DNA of 32,000 nucleotides from Candidatus Kuenenia stuttgartensis (GTDB lineage: Bacteria > Planctomycetota > Brocadiia > Brocadiales > Brocadiaceae). Shown here piece after piece: positions 24,247 through 32,000 of this stretch; position 1 is the first letter of the stretch, and each line of letters starts with the position of its first letter. The stretch is taken from assembly GCF_900232105.1 (NCBI RefSeq), contig NZ_LT934425.1, forward strand, positions 2,220,001-2,252,000, in the 5' to 3' direction. The notes under the pieces are model-generated. The model was given only the letters and a program-made list of their open reading frames with translations. It was not told where the DNA came from and ran no database searches. The position numbers were made by a program, and so were the translations under genes.

Positions 24247-25854
24247 CTATTTCATCAAAACAAGGTGTTTTTTCCAGTGAATATCGTCGGTTTGCGGATA
24301 ATCGGTACGGTGATGAACGCCGCGTGATTCCCTGCGTTTGTATGCCGATGACACAATAAGACTTGCAACAAGCAGCATGTTCTGTAATTCCCAGCCTTCC
24401 GGGTTTGAAAATTCCTTATCCATTACATATTTACACCACATGTCTATCATTTCTTCCGCCTGAAGCAGGCGCTTTTCGTTGCGCTCAATTCCCACATTCC
24501 TCCACATAAGACTTTTAAGGGAATTCCCAATGTCTTCAAGGTCAAGCCAGCTTATCTTGGAGGCTCCCGGCTTTTCATTCATTGATAATGGAGTGAGATT
24601 TGTCTTAATGCCTTGTGCCGATTTGCAGGCTTCTATCCCGGCAATGTTTCCCATTACCAGCCCTTCCAGCAGGGAGTTGCTTCCCAAACGGTTAGCGCCA
24701 TGCATGCCCGTACATGCCGCCTCTCCGCATGCATAGAGGTGCTTCACGGTGGTCATTGAAAAACGATTTACCTTTATTCCACCGATCATGTAATGAGCGC
24801 TTGGGCGCACCGGAATCAGGTCTTTGGAGATATCAATGCCGAAAGATTCACAAATTTCTTTAATTTTCGGGAAACGTGTAAAAAGTCTTTTCCTGGGGAT
24901 ATGGCGAATGTCCAGATATACATGTGTATTGCCTGTTTCCCGCATTTCTTTCAAAATGCTTTGGCTTACTACGTCCCTGGGTGCAAGCTCGGCTTTTTCA
25001 TGATATTTTGGCATAAACCGGTCGCCGTTCTTATTTAGCAGTATGCCGCCTTCGCCCCTTACCGTCTCGGTAATAAGAAAACGCACCGCACCGGCTATAT
25101 ATAATGTAGTGGGGTGAAACTGGACAAACTCCATGTCCTGAAGGGCAGCGCCGGCGCGATATGCCATTGCCAGCCCATCCCCGGTGGCGACGCCGGGGTT
25201 GGTCGTTTCCCGGTAAACCTGACCACATCCCCCAGTTGCTAAAATGGTCTGTTTTGCCCATATTAACGTGGTTCCCTTTTTAGGGTGCCACGCCGCTATG
25301 CCATGGCAGACATTGTCGTCCGTAATAAGGTCAATTGCGTATGTATATTCGAATACCTTGATGTTTTTGTTTTTCTTTATACGGTGTATGAGAGTGTTCT
25401 CCACCTCTCTTCCCGTTGAATCGCCAAGGGCGCGTATTATTCGGGGAAAACCGTGTCCACCTTCCTGTGTAAAGATTAAATGGTCGTTTTCCTTGTCAAA
25501 TTCCGCTCCCCATTCGATCATTTCCTGTACCCGCTTCGGGCCTTCGGAAATAATCTTGCTAACAACCGCGGCGTTGCATAAACCCTGCCCTGCCGTTAAG
25601 GTATCTTTTTTGTGTTTTGAGATATTATCTCCTGGAGACAACACCACGGCAACGCCGCCTTGCGCATAGGTGGTATTATTCTCGTCGATTTTATCTTTTG
25701 TAATAATGAGTACGGAGCTATGATTTGACGCCTGGATGGCGGCGCTTAGGCCGGCGACACCGCTCCCTACCACAAGTATATCGGTAAAGATGTGAGAAAG
25801 CGTGCGGGTGTCGAAAGAAATGAGGTATCGTTTCGGAACTGTACGTTTTTTCAT
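24247..25854 (-). CDS. nadB: L-aspartate oxidase
   Basis: 535 aa. DILVVGSGVAGLSAA FAD fold, FVQFHPT, ACGEAACTGMHGANRLGSNSLLE, C-terminal RESRGVHHRTDYP. Length and C-terminus fit NadB rather than SdhA/FrdA. Confidence 0.85.
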   Translation of the reverse strand: MKKRTVPKRYLISFDTRTLSHIFTDILVVGSGVAGLSAAIQASNHSSVLIITKDKIDENNTTYAQGGVAVVLSPGDNISKHKKDTLTAGQGLCNAAVVSKIISEGPKRVQEMIEWGAEFDKENDHLIFTQEGGHGFPRIIRALGDSTGREVENTLIHRIKKNKNIKVFEYTYAIDLITDDNVCHGIAAWHPKKGTTLIWAKQTILATGGCGQVYRETTNPGVATGDGLAMAYRAGAALQDMEFVQFHPTTLYIAGAVRFLITETVRGEGGILLNKNGDRFMPKYHEKAELAPRDVVSQSILKEMRETGNTHVYLDIRHIPRKRLFTRFPKIKEICESFGIDISKDLIPVRPSAHYMIGGIKVNRFSMTTVKHLYACGEAACTGMHGANRLGSNSLLEGLVMGNIAGIEACKSAQGIKTNLTPLSMNEKPGASKISWLDLEDIGNSLKSLMWRNVGIERNEKRLLQAEEMIDMWCKYVMDKEFSNPEGWELQNMLLVASLIVSSAYKRRESRGVHHRTDYPQTDDIHWKKHLVLMK

Positions 25855-25958
25855 AGGGATAAGGATATAAAATATTTTTAGACCGGTATGAACAAAGGGA
25901 GCTTACCCCTCATCATAATTACTGTAAAGCTCAACGTGGAAACATGTTAGGAGTTAAA

Positions 25959-26032
25959 TGCCCCCAGCAGGATTCAAACCTGCAACCTTTGGCTCCGGAG
26001 GCCAACGCTCTATTCAATTGAGCTATAGGGGC
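25959..26032 (-). tRNA. tRNA-Arg (anticodon CCG)
   Basis: Minus-strand read gcccctatagctcaattgaatagagcgttggcctCCGgagccaaaggttgcaggtttgaatcctgctgggggca. 7-bp acceptor stem gccccta/tgggggc (one G-U pair). T-arm gcagg-tttgaat-cctgc. Anticodon loop ctCCGga. No encoded CCA. Confidence 0.9.
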
Positions 26033-26107
26033 GTGGAAAATCTGATTTGCAATGTAATTTTACAAAAAATGGTTAATTTAAATCAAGGCTAATGTTTTTA
26101 ATACGTA

Positions 26108-26205
26108 TTGGTCATTGGTCATTGGTCATTGGTCTTTCGTCTTTCGTCACTCGTCATTGGTAAACTGCTGACTGCCGACTGTAGATTGTAGATTGCCAAC
26201 TGCAG
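26108..26205. repeat. Heptamer tandem arrays (ggtcatt x3, gtctttc x2 and variants; then gctgact/gccgact; tagattg x2)
   Basis: ttggtcattggtcattggtcattggtctttcgtctttcgtcactcgtcattggtaaactgctgactgccgactgtagattgtagattgccaactgcag. Confidence 0.85.
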
Positions 26206-26380
26206 AAGGGACAATTAAATATTTTGCCAAAAAAAGCAAAGAAATTACCGATAAGGCACTAATTAATGCGGTCATCCATCGCATTCTTTTTTAATTGACA
26301 AAGATAGTTTCGTTGGTTTATAATCCGTTTTAAATGATTTAAATATAATAAGTTAGCATTGTCAAGGTTTTTGGTTTTAT

Positions 26381-27511
26381 ATGATAACGGCGGAAATTTT
26401 ATCTATGAAAATACCCTCTCAGGATTTAAAGCGGCAGTATAAAAGTATTCAAAATGAAATAGACGCTGTTGTTTTAGAGGTGTTGGCACAACAGTCTTTT
26501 ATTCTCGGACCCTACGTTGAGTCGTTCGAGAATAGTATGGCAAATTATTGCGGCGCTAAATACGCTATTGGGGTTTCTTCCGGTACGGATGCATTATTGT
26601 TGGCATTAATGGCATGTGGCATTAAGAGTGGCGACGAGGTTATTACAACGCCATTTACTTTTTTTGCGACGGCAGGTTCGATTGCACGATTAGGGGCATT
26701 GCCCGTGTTTGTTGATATCGATCCGGCAACGTACAACATAGACGTAAGCAAGATAGCCTCTGCGGTAAGTGGCAAAACGAAGGCACTTCTTCCCGTTCAC
26801 CTGTTCGGGCAATGCGCCGAAATGGATGCGATTCTTGAAATGGCGCAAACGAAAGGATTATATGTTATTGAGGATGCTGCGCAGGCAATAGGCGCTTTTT
26901 ATAAGGGGAAGCAAGCGGGAACGATGGGCGATGCAGGCTGTTTTTCATTTTATCCGTCGAAAAACCTGGGCGCTTACGGTGATGGCGGTCTTGTAACGGC
27001 AAATGACGATGAGATGGGGGCTTTGATTAAGGCACTGCGCGTACATGGGTCGAATACGAGATACTACCATGAATATGTTGGAATCAACGGCAGGCTGGAC
27101 GCCCTTCAGGCGGCCATCCTGCATACGAAGCTAAAGCATTTAAACGAATGGTCGGAAAAGCGCAGGACAGTCGCCACCTATTATGATGAACACTTAAGAG
27201 GGATGCCCGTAAGGCTTCCCGAAATTATGAACGGCAATACGCACATTTATCATCAGTATGTGATAGCTACGCCAAAACGCGACCTTTTGAAAGAACATCT
27301 TTCAGAACAGGGCATAGAGACGGTTATTTATTATCCCGTACCCCTTCATTTACAGAAATGCTTTGCGTATTTAGGATATAAACCCGGCGACTTGCCGGTG
27401 TCTGAAAAAGCCGCAGACGAAGTTTTGGCCCTACCTGTTTTCCCTGAAATTACCCGGGAAGAACAAGATTTTGTTATTGAGCAAATAAAGGATTTTTTCA
27501 CCCGTAAATAG
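26381..27511 (+). CDS. DegT/DnrJ/EryC1/StrS-family PLP-dependent sugar aminotransferase
   Basis: 376 aa. GVSSGTDALLLAL, GDEVITTPFTFFATA, VIEDAAQAIGA, FSFYPSKNLGAYGDGG (catalytic Lys), NGRLDALQAAIL. An alternative start is the ATG at 26405 (MKIPSQDL...). Confidence 0.85.
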   Translation: MITAEILSMKIPSQDLKRQYKSIQNEIDAVVLEVLAQQSFILGPYVESFENSMANYCGAKYAIGVSSGTDALLLALMACGIKSGDEVITTPFTFFATAGSIARLGALPVFVDIDPATYNIDVSKIASAVSGKTKALLPVHLFGQCAEMDAILEMAQTKGLYVIEDAAQAIGAFYKGKQAGTMGDAGCFSFYPSKNLGAYGDGGLVTANDDEMGALIKALRVHGSNTRYYHEYVGINGRLDALQAAILHTKLKHLNEWSEKRRTVATYYDEHLRGMPVRLPEIMNGNTHIYHQYVIATPKRDLLKEHLSEQGIETVIYYPVPLHLQKCFAYLGYKPGDLPVSEKAADEVLALPVFPEITREEQDFVIEQIKDFFTRK

Positions 27512-27519
27512 CATTTTTT

Positions 27520-30369
27520 ATGAAAATAACACGCCTCCTTTTTACTCTCACCTTGTTTTTATTATTAAGCGCTCCTGCCTTTGCAGACAGCCTGCTTTCC
27601 GGCGGCAACCTTGCGCACAACCCCTTTTCTCTTTCTGCCAAACGTATAAGTACCTGGAAAAAAGAAGGAACCAGGGTCTTTATTGCTGAAAAGAATGCCG
27701 GTGTTTCGCAGGGGCCTTTTTATATCGTTGCGGACAATGTGGTTTGCTGGTTTCACGAAGAGGAATCGATGCAGTATGAAGACGCAATCATTGAGGTGTA
27801 TTGCGAAGGCGACGTAACGGTGTTTCATGGAGAAAATTACGAAAAATTTGAGCAGGTATACTTAAAATTTGTCACCTTGACAGGGATTGAGGTGAATCCG
27901 GATATATTACCAATAGTGTTCTTTGAAGAGGAACAACCAATGCCTTTTTTCCTCAGGGGAGAAGATATTCGTTCAAGGGGAGAAGAAGAGTTCCTGTCCA
28001 TGGAAACCCCTGATACGATAAAAACTAAAGACCAAAGGGAAAGGGAGGAGTTGATTGATATTATTGCGGATCAAATCGATTCATGGGAGGAGGGTGACAG
28101 GCGCATTGTTGTTGCCCTTGGGAATGTAAAAATCAAAAAAGAGGACATGACTATTGACGCAGATAGTATTATCTTGTGGTTTGATAAAAGTGCCTTGCCT
28201 GATGTGACACAACAATCCATGGCATTGCCTCTTAGCGAACTCTATGCAGAAGGCAACGTTACCATGCGCCGTGAAAATGATTTTCTCATTGCCGATCGTA
28301 TCTTTGAACAAATGACAGAAGACAGGGGGATTATTGTTGACGGCAAGATCAAGACAACTATTCAATCAGGCCAGGAGGAGGATGTTTCCGGCCAGGATGC
28401 CGCTTTCCGTTCCAAAAAAGACAAATTTGAAGGGCTAAAAGACTTGCCCGCTCATGTCACTGCGGAAGAAATACATCATGTAGGAAAAGGACGCTATGAG
28501 ATCGAAAACGGCCAGATAACTACGTGCGGTTATGGGCATCCGCATTATCATTTCAAAGGGAAAAAAATCCGGTTAATAAAGAGCGAAGAACATAATATTG
28601 TCTCTTCAAAATATAATTCTTTTTACCTCGACCGATATCCTGTGGCATATTTTCCTTACCTATCACTTGATATTCAAAAGAAGGAAAAGCTTTTAAAAGA
28701 CTGGGAGTTTGGAAGCTCTTCCCGATTTGGCACATTTATTCGTACAAATTGGGACCTCTATGTTGCTACCGGGGGAAAACAAAAAGAGTGGAGCGACCTT
28801 ATATTTAAATTGGACTACTTACAGGAACGCGGTATTGGTACAGGATTTGACTTTGGTTACCGTGGGCAGGATTTGTTTGGGTCAGTTGAAACATATTATC
28901 TGAATGACCAGGGAGAGTATGATATTAATCGCATACCTGTGGACGAAGAAGACCGCGGGAGCATATTATGGCGGCACCGGCAGGAGTTGCCGTACGATGT
29001 GCGCATGGATATGGAATATTCTTATCTGAGCGACCCAAGATTCCTGAGGGAATATTTACCACATGAATTCAAGACGGAAAAAGACCGCGAAACGGTATTC
29101 TATCTTCGAAGAACGGAGGATAACAGGGCGGCGACGTTTCTCGTAAATCAGCAATTCAACGGATTTGACACAACGGTAGATTCTTTAAGGGAAAAAAATT
29201 ATGCGGAACGGCTTCCTGAGGTAAAATACCAGATCATTAGCGAGCCTCTTTTGGACAACCGGATGTTGTTTTCATCAGAAAGCTCAATAACGTATTTTAA
29301 CAACACTGTTGAACAATCGGCTGATTTCCGGAAATACCATCCTACCCTTACCGGTTTTGATTCTGGAACGGTAAATGAAGCAACCGAAACCCGGCCGGTG
29401 GCAAGAATTGATAGTGTTGCCCGTGTAAGTTTTCCGTTTAAACCATGGATTTTTAATATTAATCCATTTGTCGAGGGGAGGGCTACCGGGTATTCTGAAA
29501 GCATAGACACCTCAGACGGGGTGGCGGAAGAACATGGGGATGTGACAGGTCGCTTTATTCCTACATTTGGACTTGACTGGAGTTCTACGCACTGGAGGAC
29601 ATATAGCGTATACAATGATTTTTTCAGGATTAATCGTTTACGTCATATATTTATCCCGGAGCTGCGTTATATTTACAGCCCTTTTGTTACTCGTGACCCG
29701 GGTGAATTGTATCAGTATGATGAAATCGATGCTTTGGATTCCTCTCAGATATTGGTTATGGGCGTGAAAAACAAATTACAGACAAAACGGGGGAAACCGG
29801 GACATGAAAAAACGGTGGATTTTATTGATTTCAACCTGGATTATTATATGTTTCCCACAAATTCCGGCATTTACACGGAGGGGATCAACGGGATTATTGT
29901 AAGAAAAGATAATTTTATTAATCTTGATTTCCGCTGCCAATTAAACGATATCGTTGCTATTGTTTCCGAAAGGAACGAATTTAATACTGAAGAGTTTCAG
30001 TTTGACGTCCTTTCTTATGGCGCGGAAGTGGTCAATCCCCCTGACTGGCAGTTTTTTGCAGGACATAGGTTTATCAGAGATATCAGTTCCATGATAATGC
30101 TTGCGGCAAATTACCAGATTAATGAAAAATGGAGTATTATGGGGAAGGAAAAATATGATCTGAAAACCTCGCTAGCCGATGATGATGACGGCGAGGGGAG
30201 ACGCGAGGAACGGAAAAATTTAAAAACAAGCTTTGTGCTGTCCCGTTATTTTCATGACTGGGTAGGAAGCATTACCCTTGAATTAGACCCCATTAGAAAT
30301 GATAATTCTTATCGCTTTGATATTAGCCCCAAGGGTCTTCAGCAAACCACGAGCCGCTTTTGGTTTTAA
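27520..30369 (+). CDS. lptD: LptD/OstA-like outer-membrane LPS-assembly protein
   Basis: 949 aa. Signal peptide MKITRLLFTLTLFLLLSAPAFA. OstA-like N-terminal repeats (ALGNVKIKKEDMTIDADSIILWFD, AEGNVTMRRENDFLIADRI). YAERLPEVKY motif. Ends in an aromatic-rich beta-barrel terminus ...TSRFWF. Confidence 0.55.
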   Translation: MKITRLLFTLTLFLLLSAPAFADSLLSGGNLAHNPFSLSAKRISTWKKEGTRVFIAEKNAGVSQGPFYIVADNVVCWFHEEESMQYEDAIIEVYCEGDVTVFHGENYEKFEQVYLKFVTLTGIEVNPDILPIVFFEEEQPMPFFLRGEDIRSRGEEEFLSMETPDTIKTKDQREREELIDIIADQIDSWEEGDRRIVVALGNVKIKKEDMTIDADSIILWFDKSALPDVTQQSMALPLSELYAEGNVTMRRENDFLIADRIFEQMTEDRGIIVDGKIKTTIQSGQEEDVSGQDAAFRSKKDKFEGLKDLPAHVTAEEIHHVGKGRYEIENGQITTCGYGHPHYHFKGKKIRLIKSEEHNIVSSKYNSFYLDRYPVAYFPYLSLDIQKKEKLLKDWEFGSSSRFGTFIRTNWDLYVATGGKQKEWSDLIFKLDYLQERGIGTGFDFGYRGQDLFGSVETYYLNDQGEYDINRIPVDEEDRGSILWRHRQELPYDVRMDMEYSYLSDPRFLREYLPHEFKTEKDRETVFYLRRTEDNRAATFLVNQQFNGFDTTVDSLREKNYAERLPEVKYQIISEPLLDNRMLFSSESSITYFNNTVEQSADFRKYHPTLTGFDSGTVNEATETRPVARIDSVARVSFPFKPWIFNINPFVEGRATGYSESIDTSDGVAEEHGDVTGRFIPTFGLDWSSTHWRTYSVYNDFFRINRLRHIFIPELRYIYSPFVTRDPGELYQYDEIDALDSSQILVMGVKNKLQTKRGKPGHEKTVDFIDFNLDYYMFPTNSGIYTEGINGIIVRKDNFINLDFRCQLNDIVAIVSERNEFNTEEFQFDVLSYGAEVVNPPDWQFFAGHRFIRDISSMIMLAANYQINEKWSIMGKEKYDLKTSLADDDDGEGRREERKNLKTSFVLSRYFHDWVGSITLELDPIRNDNSYRFDISPKGLQQTTSRFWF

Positions 30370-30386
30370 TACACAGGGTGCAATCT

Positions 30387-30887
30387 ATGAGAACAGCAGT
30401 TTATCCGGGGATGTTTGATCCTGTTACAAATGGACATCTTGATGTTATCCGGCGGGGAAGTGTTATTTTTAGCGGACTAATTGTCTCTGTTGGATGTAAT
30501 CCGTTAAAACAAGCGTTGTTTTCTGTAGAAGAAAGAATGGAGATGATCAGGCACAATGTTAAGGATTTTAAAAACGTTGAAGTAGATTGCTTTGAAGGTA
30601 TGCTGGTGGATCATCTGGCAAAAAGAGGAACAAATATTATACTGCGTGGCATACGCACGGCATCTGATTTTGAATATGAACGGAACCGGGCATTAACAAA
30701 CAGGGTATTCGATAAAAATGCAGAAACAGTATTTGTAATGGCAAGTGAACAATATTTATTTCTAAACTCCGCCCTGATTAAAGAAACGGCCAGTCTGGGC
30801 GGAAACGTAAGCAAATTTGTCCCTCCGGACGTTGAAAGAGGTTTAATGCAAAAATTTAAACGCTTACAAAGAAAGAAGACGACATGA
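30387..30887 (+). CDS. coaD: Phosphopantetheine adenylyltransferase
   Basis: MRTAVYPGMFDPVTNGHLDVIRRG...ILRGIRTASDFEYE...FLNSALIKE. ATG at 30387 is preferred over the track start. Confidence 0.9.
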   Translation: MRTAVYPGMFDPVTNGHLDVIRRGSVIFSGLIVSVGCNPLKQALFSVEERMEMIRHNVKDFKNVEVDCFEGMLVDHLAKRGTNIILRGIRTASDFEYERNRALTNRVFDKNAETVFVMASEQYLFLNSALIKETASLGGNVSKFVPPDVERGLMQKFKRLQRKKTT

Positions 30888-31681
30888 AGGTTAACGTCCT
30901 TATTTTAGGCGATATTGTGGGTAGTCCGGGACGCACGATAATAAAAAACAAACTGAAATCTTTTATGGAGAAGGAAGAGATACATTTTTGTATTGCAAAC
31001 GGAGAAAATGCGGCAGCGGGGGCCGGCATTACAGATCAAATCACAAAAGAATTATTTTCTTACGGCGTGGATGTCATCACTATGGGCGACCATGTGTGGG
31101 ATAAAAAGGAAAAGGTTCACGTCCTGGAAATACATAAAAATATTATACGGCCGCTTAATTATTCTCCGTATGCCATTGGAAAGGGCTTTGTGGTTGCAAC
31201 GTCAAAGCTGGGATATCCCATTGGAGTGGTTAACCTGCTTGGCAGGGTATTCATGAAGCCCATAGATTGTCCTTTCAGGGGAGTGGAGAAGATTTTGGGG
31301 GTGCTTTCTAATGAAACGTCGATGATTTTTGTTGATATGCATGCGGAAGCGACCTCCGAAAAAATAGCAATGGGTTTGTTCCTGGACGGTAGAGTCAGTG
31401 CAGTTGTCGGTACCCATACACACGTAATGACTGCAGATGAAAAGATATTGCCAAAGGGAACTGCTTATATAACCGATATAGGCATGACGGGCCCTCATGA
31501 ATCCATATTGGGCAGAAAATCCGATTGCGTGCTAAAGGCGATTATGACGCAAATGCCCACGCGGTTCGAAGTGGCAGAGAATGATGTGCGGATGAATGGT
31601 GTAAAGATTGTTGTGGACAGCCAAACAGGAAGGGCCGAAAGCATAATGAGAATCGAAGTGAAAGAAAAAGAAGCAAGTTGA
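30884..31681 (+). CDS. YmdB-like TIGR00282-family metallophosphoesterase
   Basis: MKVNVLILGDIVGSPGR...ANGENAAAGAGIT...TMGDHVWDKKE...DMHAEATSEK...GTHTHVMTADE. ATGA overlap with the coaD stop. Confidence 0.85.
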   Translation: MKVNVLILGDIVGSPGRTIIKNKLKSFMEKEEIHFCIANGENAAAGAGITDQITKELFSYGVDVITMGDHVWDKKEKVHVLEIHKNIIRPLNYSPYAIGKGFVVATSKLGYPIGVVNLLGRVFMKPIDCPFRGVEKILGVLSNETSMIFVDMHAEATSEKIAMGLFLDGRVSAVVGTHTHVMTADEKILPKGTAYITDIGMTGPHESILGRKSDCVLKAIMTQMPTRFEVAENDVRMNGVKIVVDSQTGRAESIMRIEVKEKEAS

Positions 31682-31687
31682 GCAGCA

Positions 31688-32000
31688 ATGAATAATCTGT
31701 TTCCTCTTATATCAGATGCGGTAAGGAGTCAAAAGAGAATACTGACCATTTCCGGGATTACCGGTAAGATACGGAACTCGCTGGAACAGGGGTTTTCCCA
31801 CGTATGGATTACCGGAGAGGTGTCCAATTTAAAAAAACCATCCTCCGGCCACTTGTATTTGACGCTGAAAGATGAACATGCGCAGATTCAGGCGGTCATA
31901 TTTAAATCCGTCGCCAACTGGATAAAATTTGACTTAAAGGACGGAATGGAAGTCCTGGCCTTTGGTTCTATCACTGTTTACGAGCCCCGCGGACAATATC
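31688..32000 (+). CDS. xseA: Exodeoxyribonuclease VII large subunit, N-terminal part (runs off the window)
   Basis: MNNLFPLISDAVRSQKRILTISGITGKIRNSLEQGFSHVWITGEVSNLKKPSSGHLYLTLKDEHAQIQAVIF... has the typical XseA OB-fold N-terminus. Confidence 0.8.
   Translation, partial: MNNLFPLISDAVRSQKRILTISGITGKIRNSLEQGFSHVWITGEVSNLKKPSSGHLYLTLKDEHAQIQAVIFKSVANWIKFDLKDGMEVLAFGSITVYEPRGQY

Noticed and set aside
20953-25669. Antisense or off-frame ORFs in the housekeeping block (20953-21138, 21129-21611, 21622-21834, 22192-22455, 22855-23397, 23168-23353, 23736-23942, 23980-24228, 24479-24736, 24793-25038, 25031-25261, 25244-25669)
   Set aside because: All overlap strongly supported genes (MTHFR_C, oxidoreductase, yjbQ, nadB). 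23980-24228 additionally translates the octamer repeat (…FGFRVSDFGF…).
25959-26032. tRNA-Arg as the integration site of the defence island
   Set aside because: The island ends at about 20.2 kb, and five intact housekeeping genes separate it from the tRNA. I found no duplicated tRNA 3' segment.
26108-26205. Possible CRISPR array
   Set aside because: The repeat units are only 7 bp and directly abutting with no spacers. No cas genes are present, and no CRISPR-like 25-40-bp repeat/spacer periodicity occurs anywhere in the window.
26545-31498. Overlapping ORFs 26545-26775 (-), 27565-27828 (-), 28081-28365 (-), 28553-28735 (-), 28709-28903 (+), 29199-29615 (-), 29567-29767 (+), 30611-30814 (-), 30993-31256 (+), 31202-31498 (-)
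   Set aside because: These are shadows of degT, lptD-like, coaD and the YmdB-like gene.

Overview
Prokaryotic window; I cannot identify the organism from the sequence. It has three parts.

(1) 1-3.0 kb: small redox/sulfur-type genes. These are a DsrE-like protein, a DUF442 PTP-fold protein and a 52-aa rubredoxin missing from the ORF track, followed by a phosphoribosyltransferase and a DUF504 protein.

(2) About 3.0-20.2 kb: an accessory/defence island.
- It is saturated with at least six dispersed repeat families.
- It carries two toxin-antitoxin modules, one with a stop-interrupted toxin, plus gene fragments.
- It holds a decayed RayT/IS200-like Y1 transposase bracketed by inverted REPs.
- Its core is a minus-strand block: PLD-SNF2 helicase > truncated DUF1016 > [REP/RayT insertion] > 1270-aa Eco57I/PglX-like N6-adenine methyltransferase > catalytically dead, apparently PAZ-less Argonaute > SIR2-like protein > (repeat-filled gap) > two-TM protein.
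- The MTase/Argonaute/SIR2 and helicase/DUF1016 junctions have stop and start codons 0-1 nt apart.

(3) 20.2-32 kb: housekeeping genes. These are an MTHFR C-terminal-domain protein, a GltD-like/MvhD fusion oxidoreductase, yjbQ, nadB, tRNA-Arg(CCG), a DegT aminotransferase, an LptD-like protein, coaD, a YmdB-like phosphoesterase and the start of xseA.

The main candidate for something new is the physical and translational linkage of an inactive pAgo-SIR2 module to a BREX/DISARM/type-IIG-style methyltransferase and a PLD-SNF2 helicase. All family calls rest on motifs read by eye from the translations. No database search was run.
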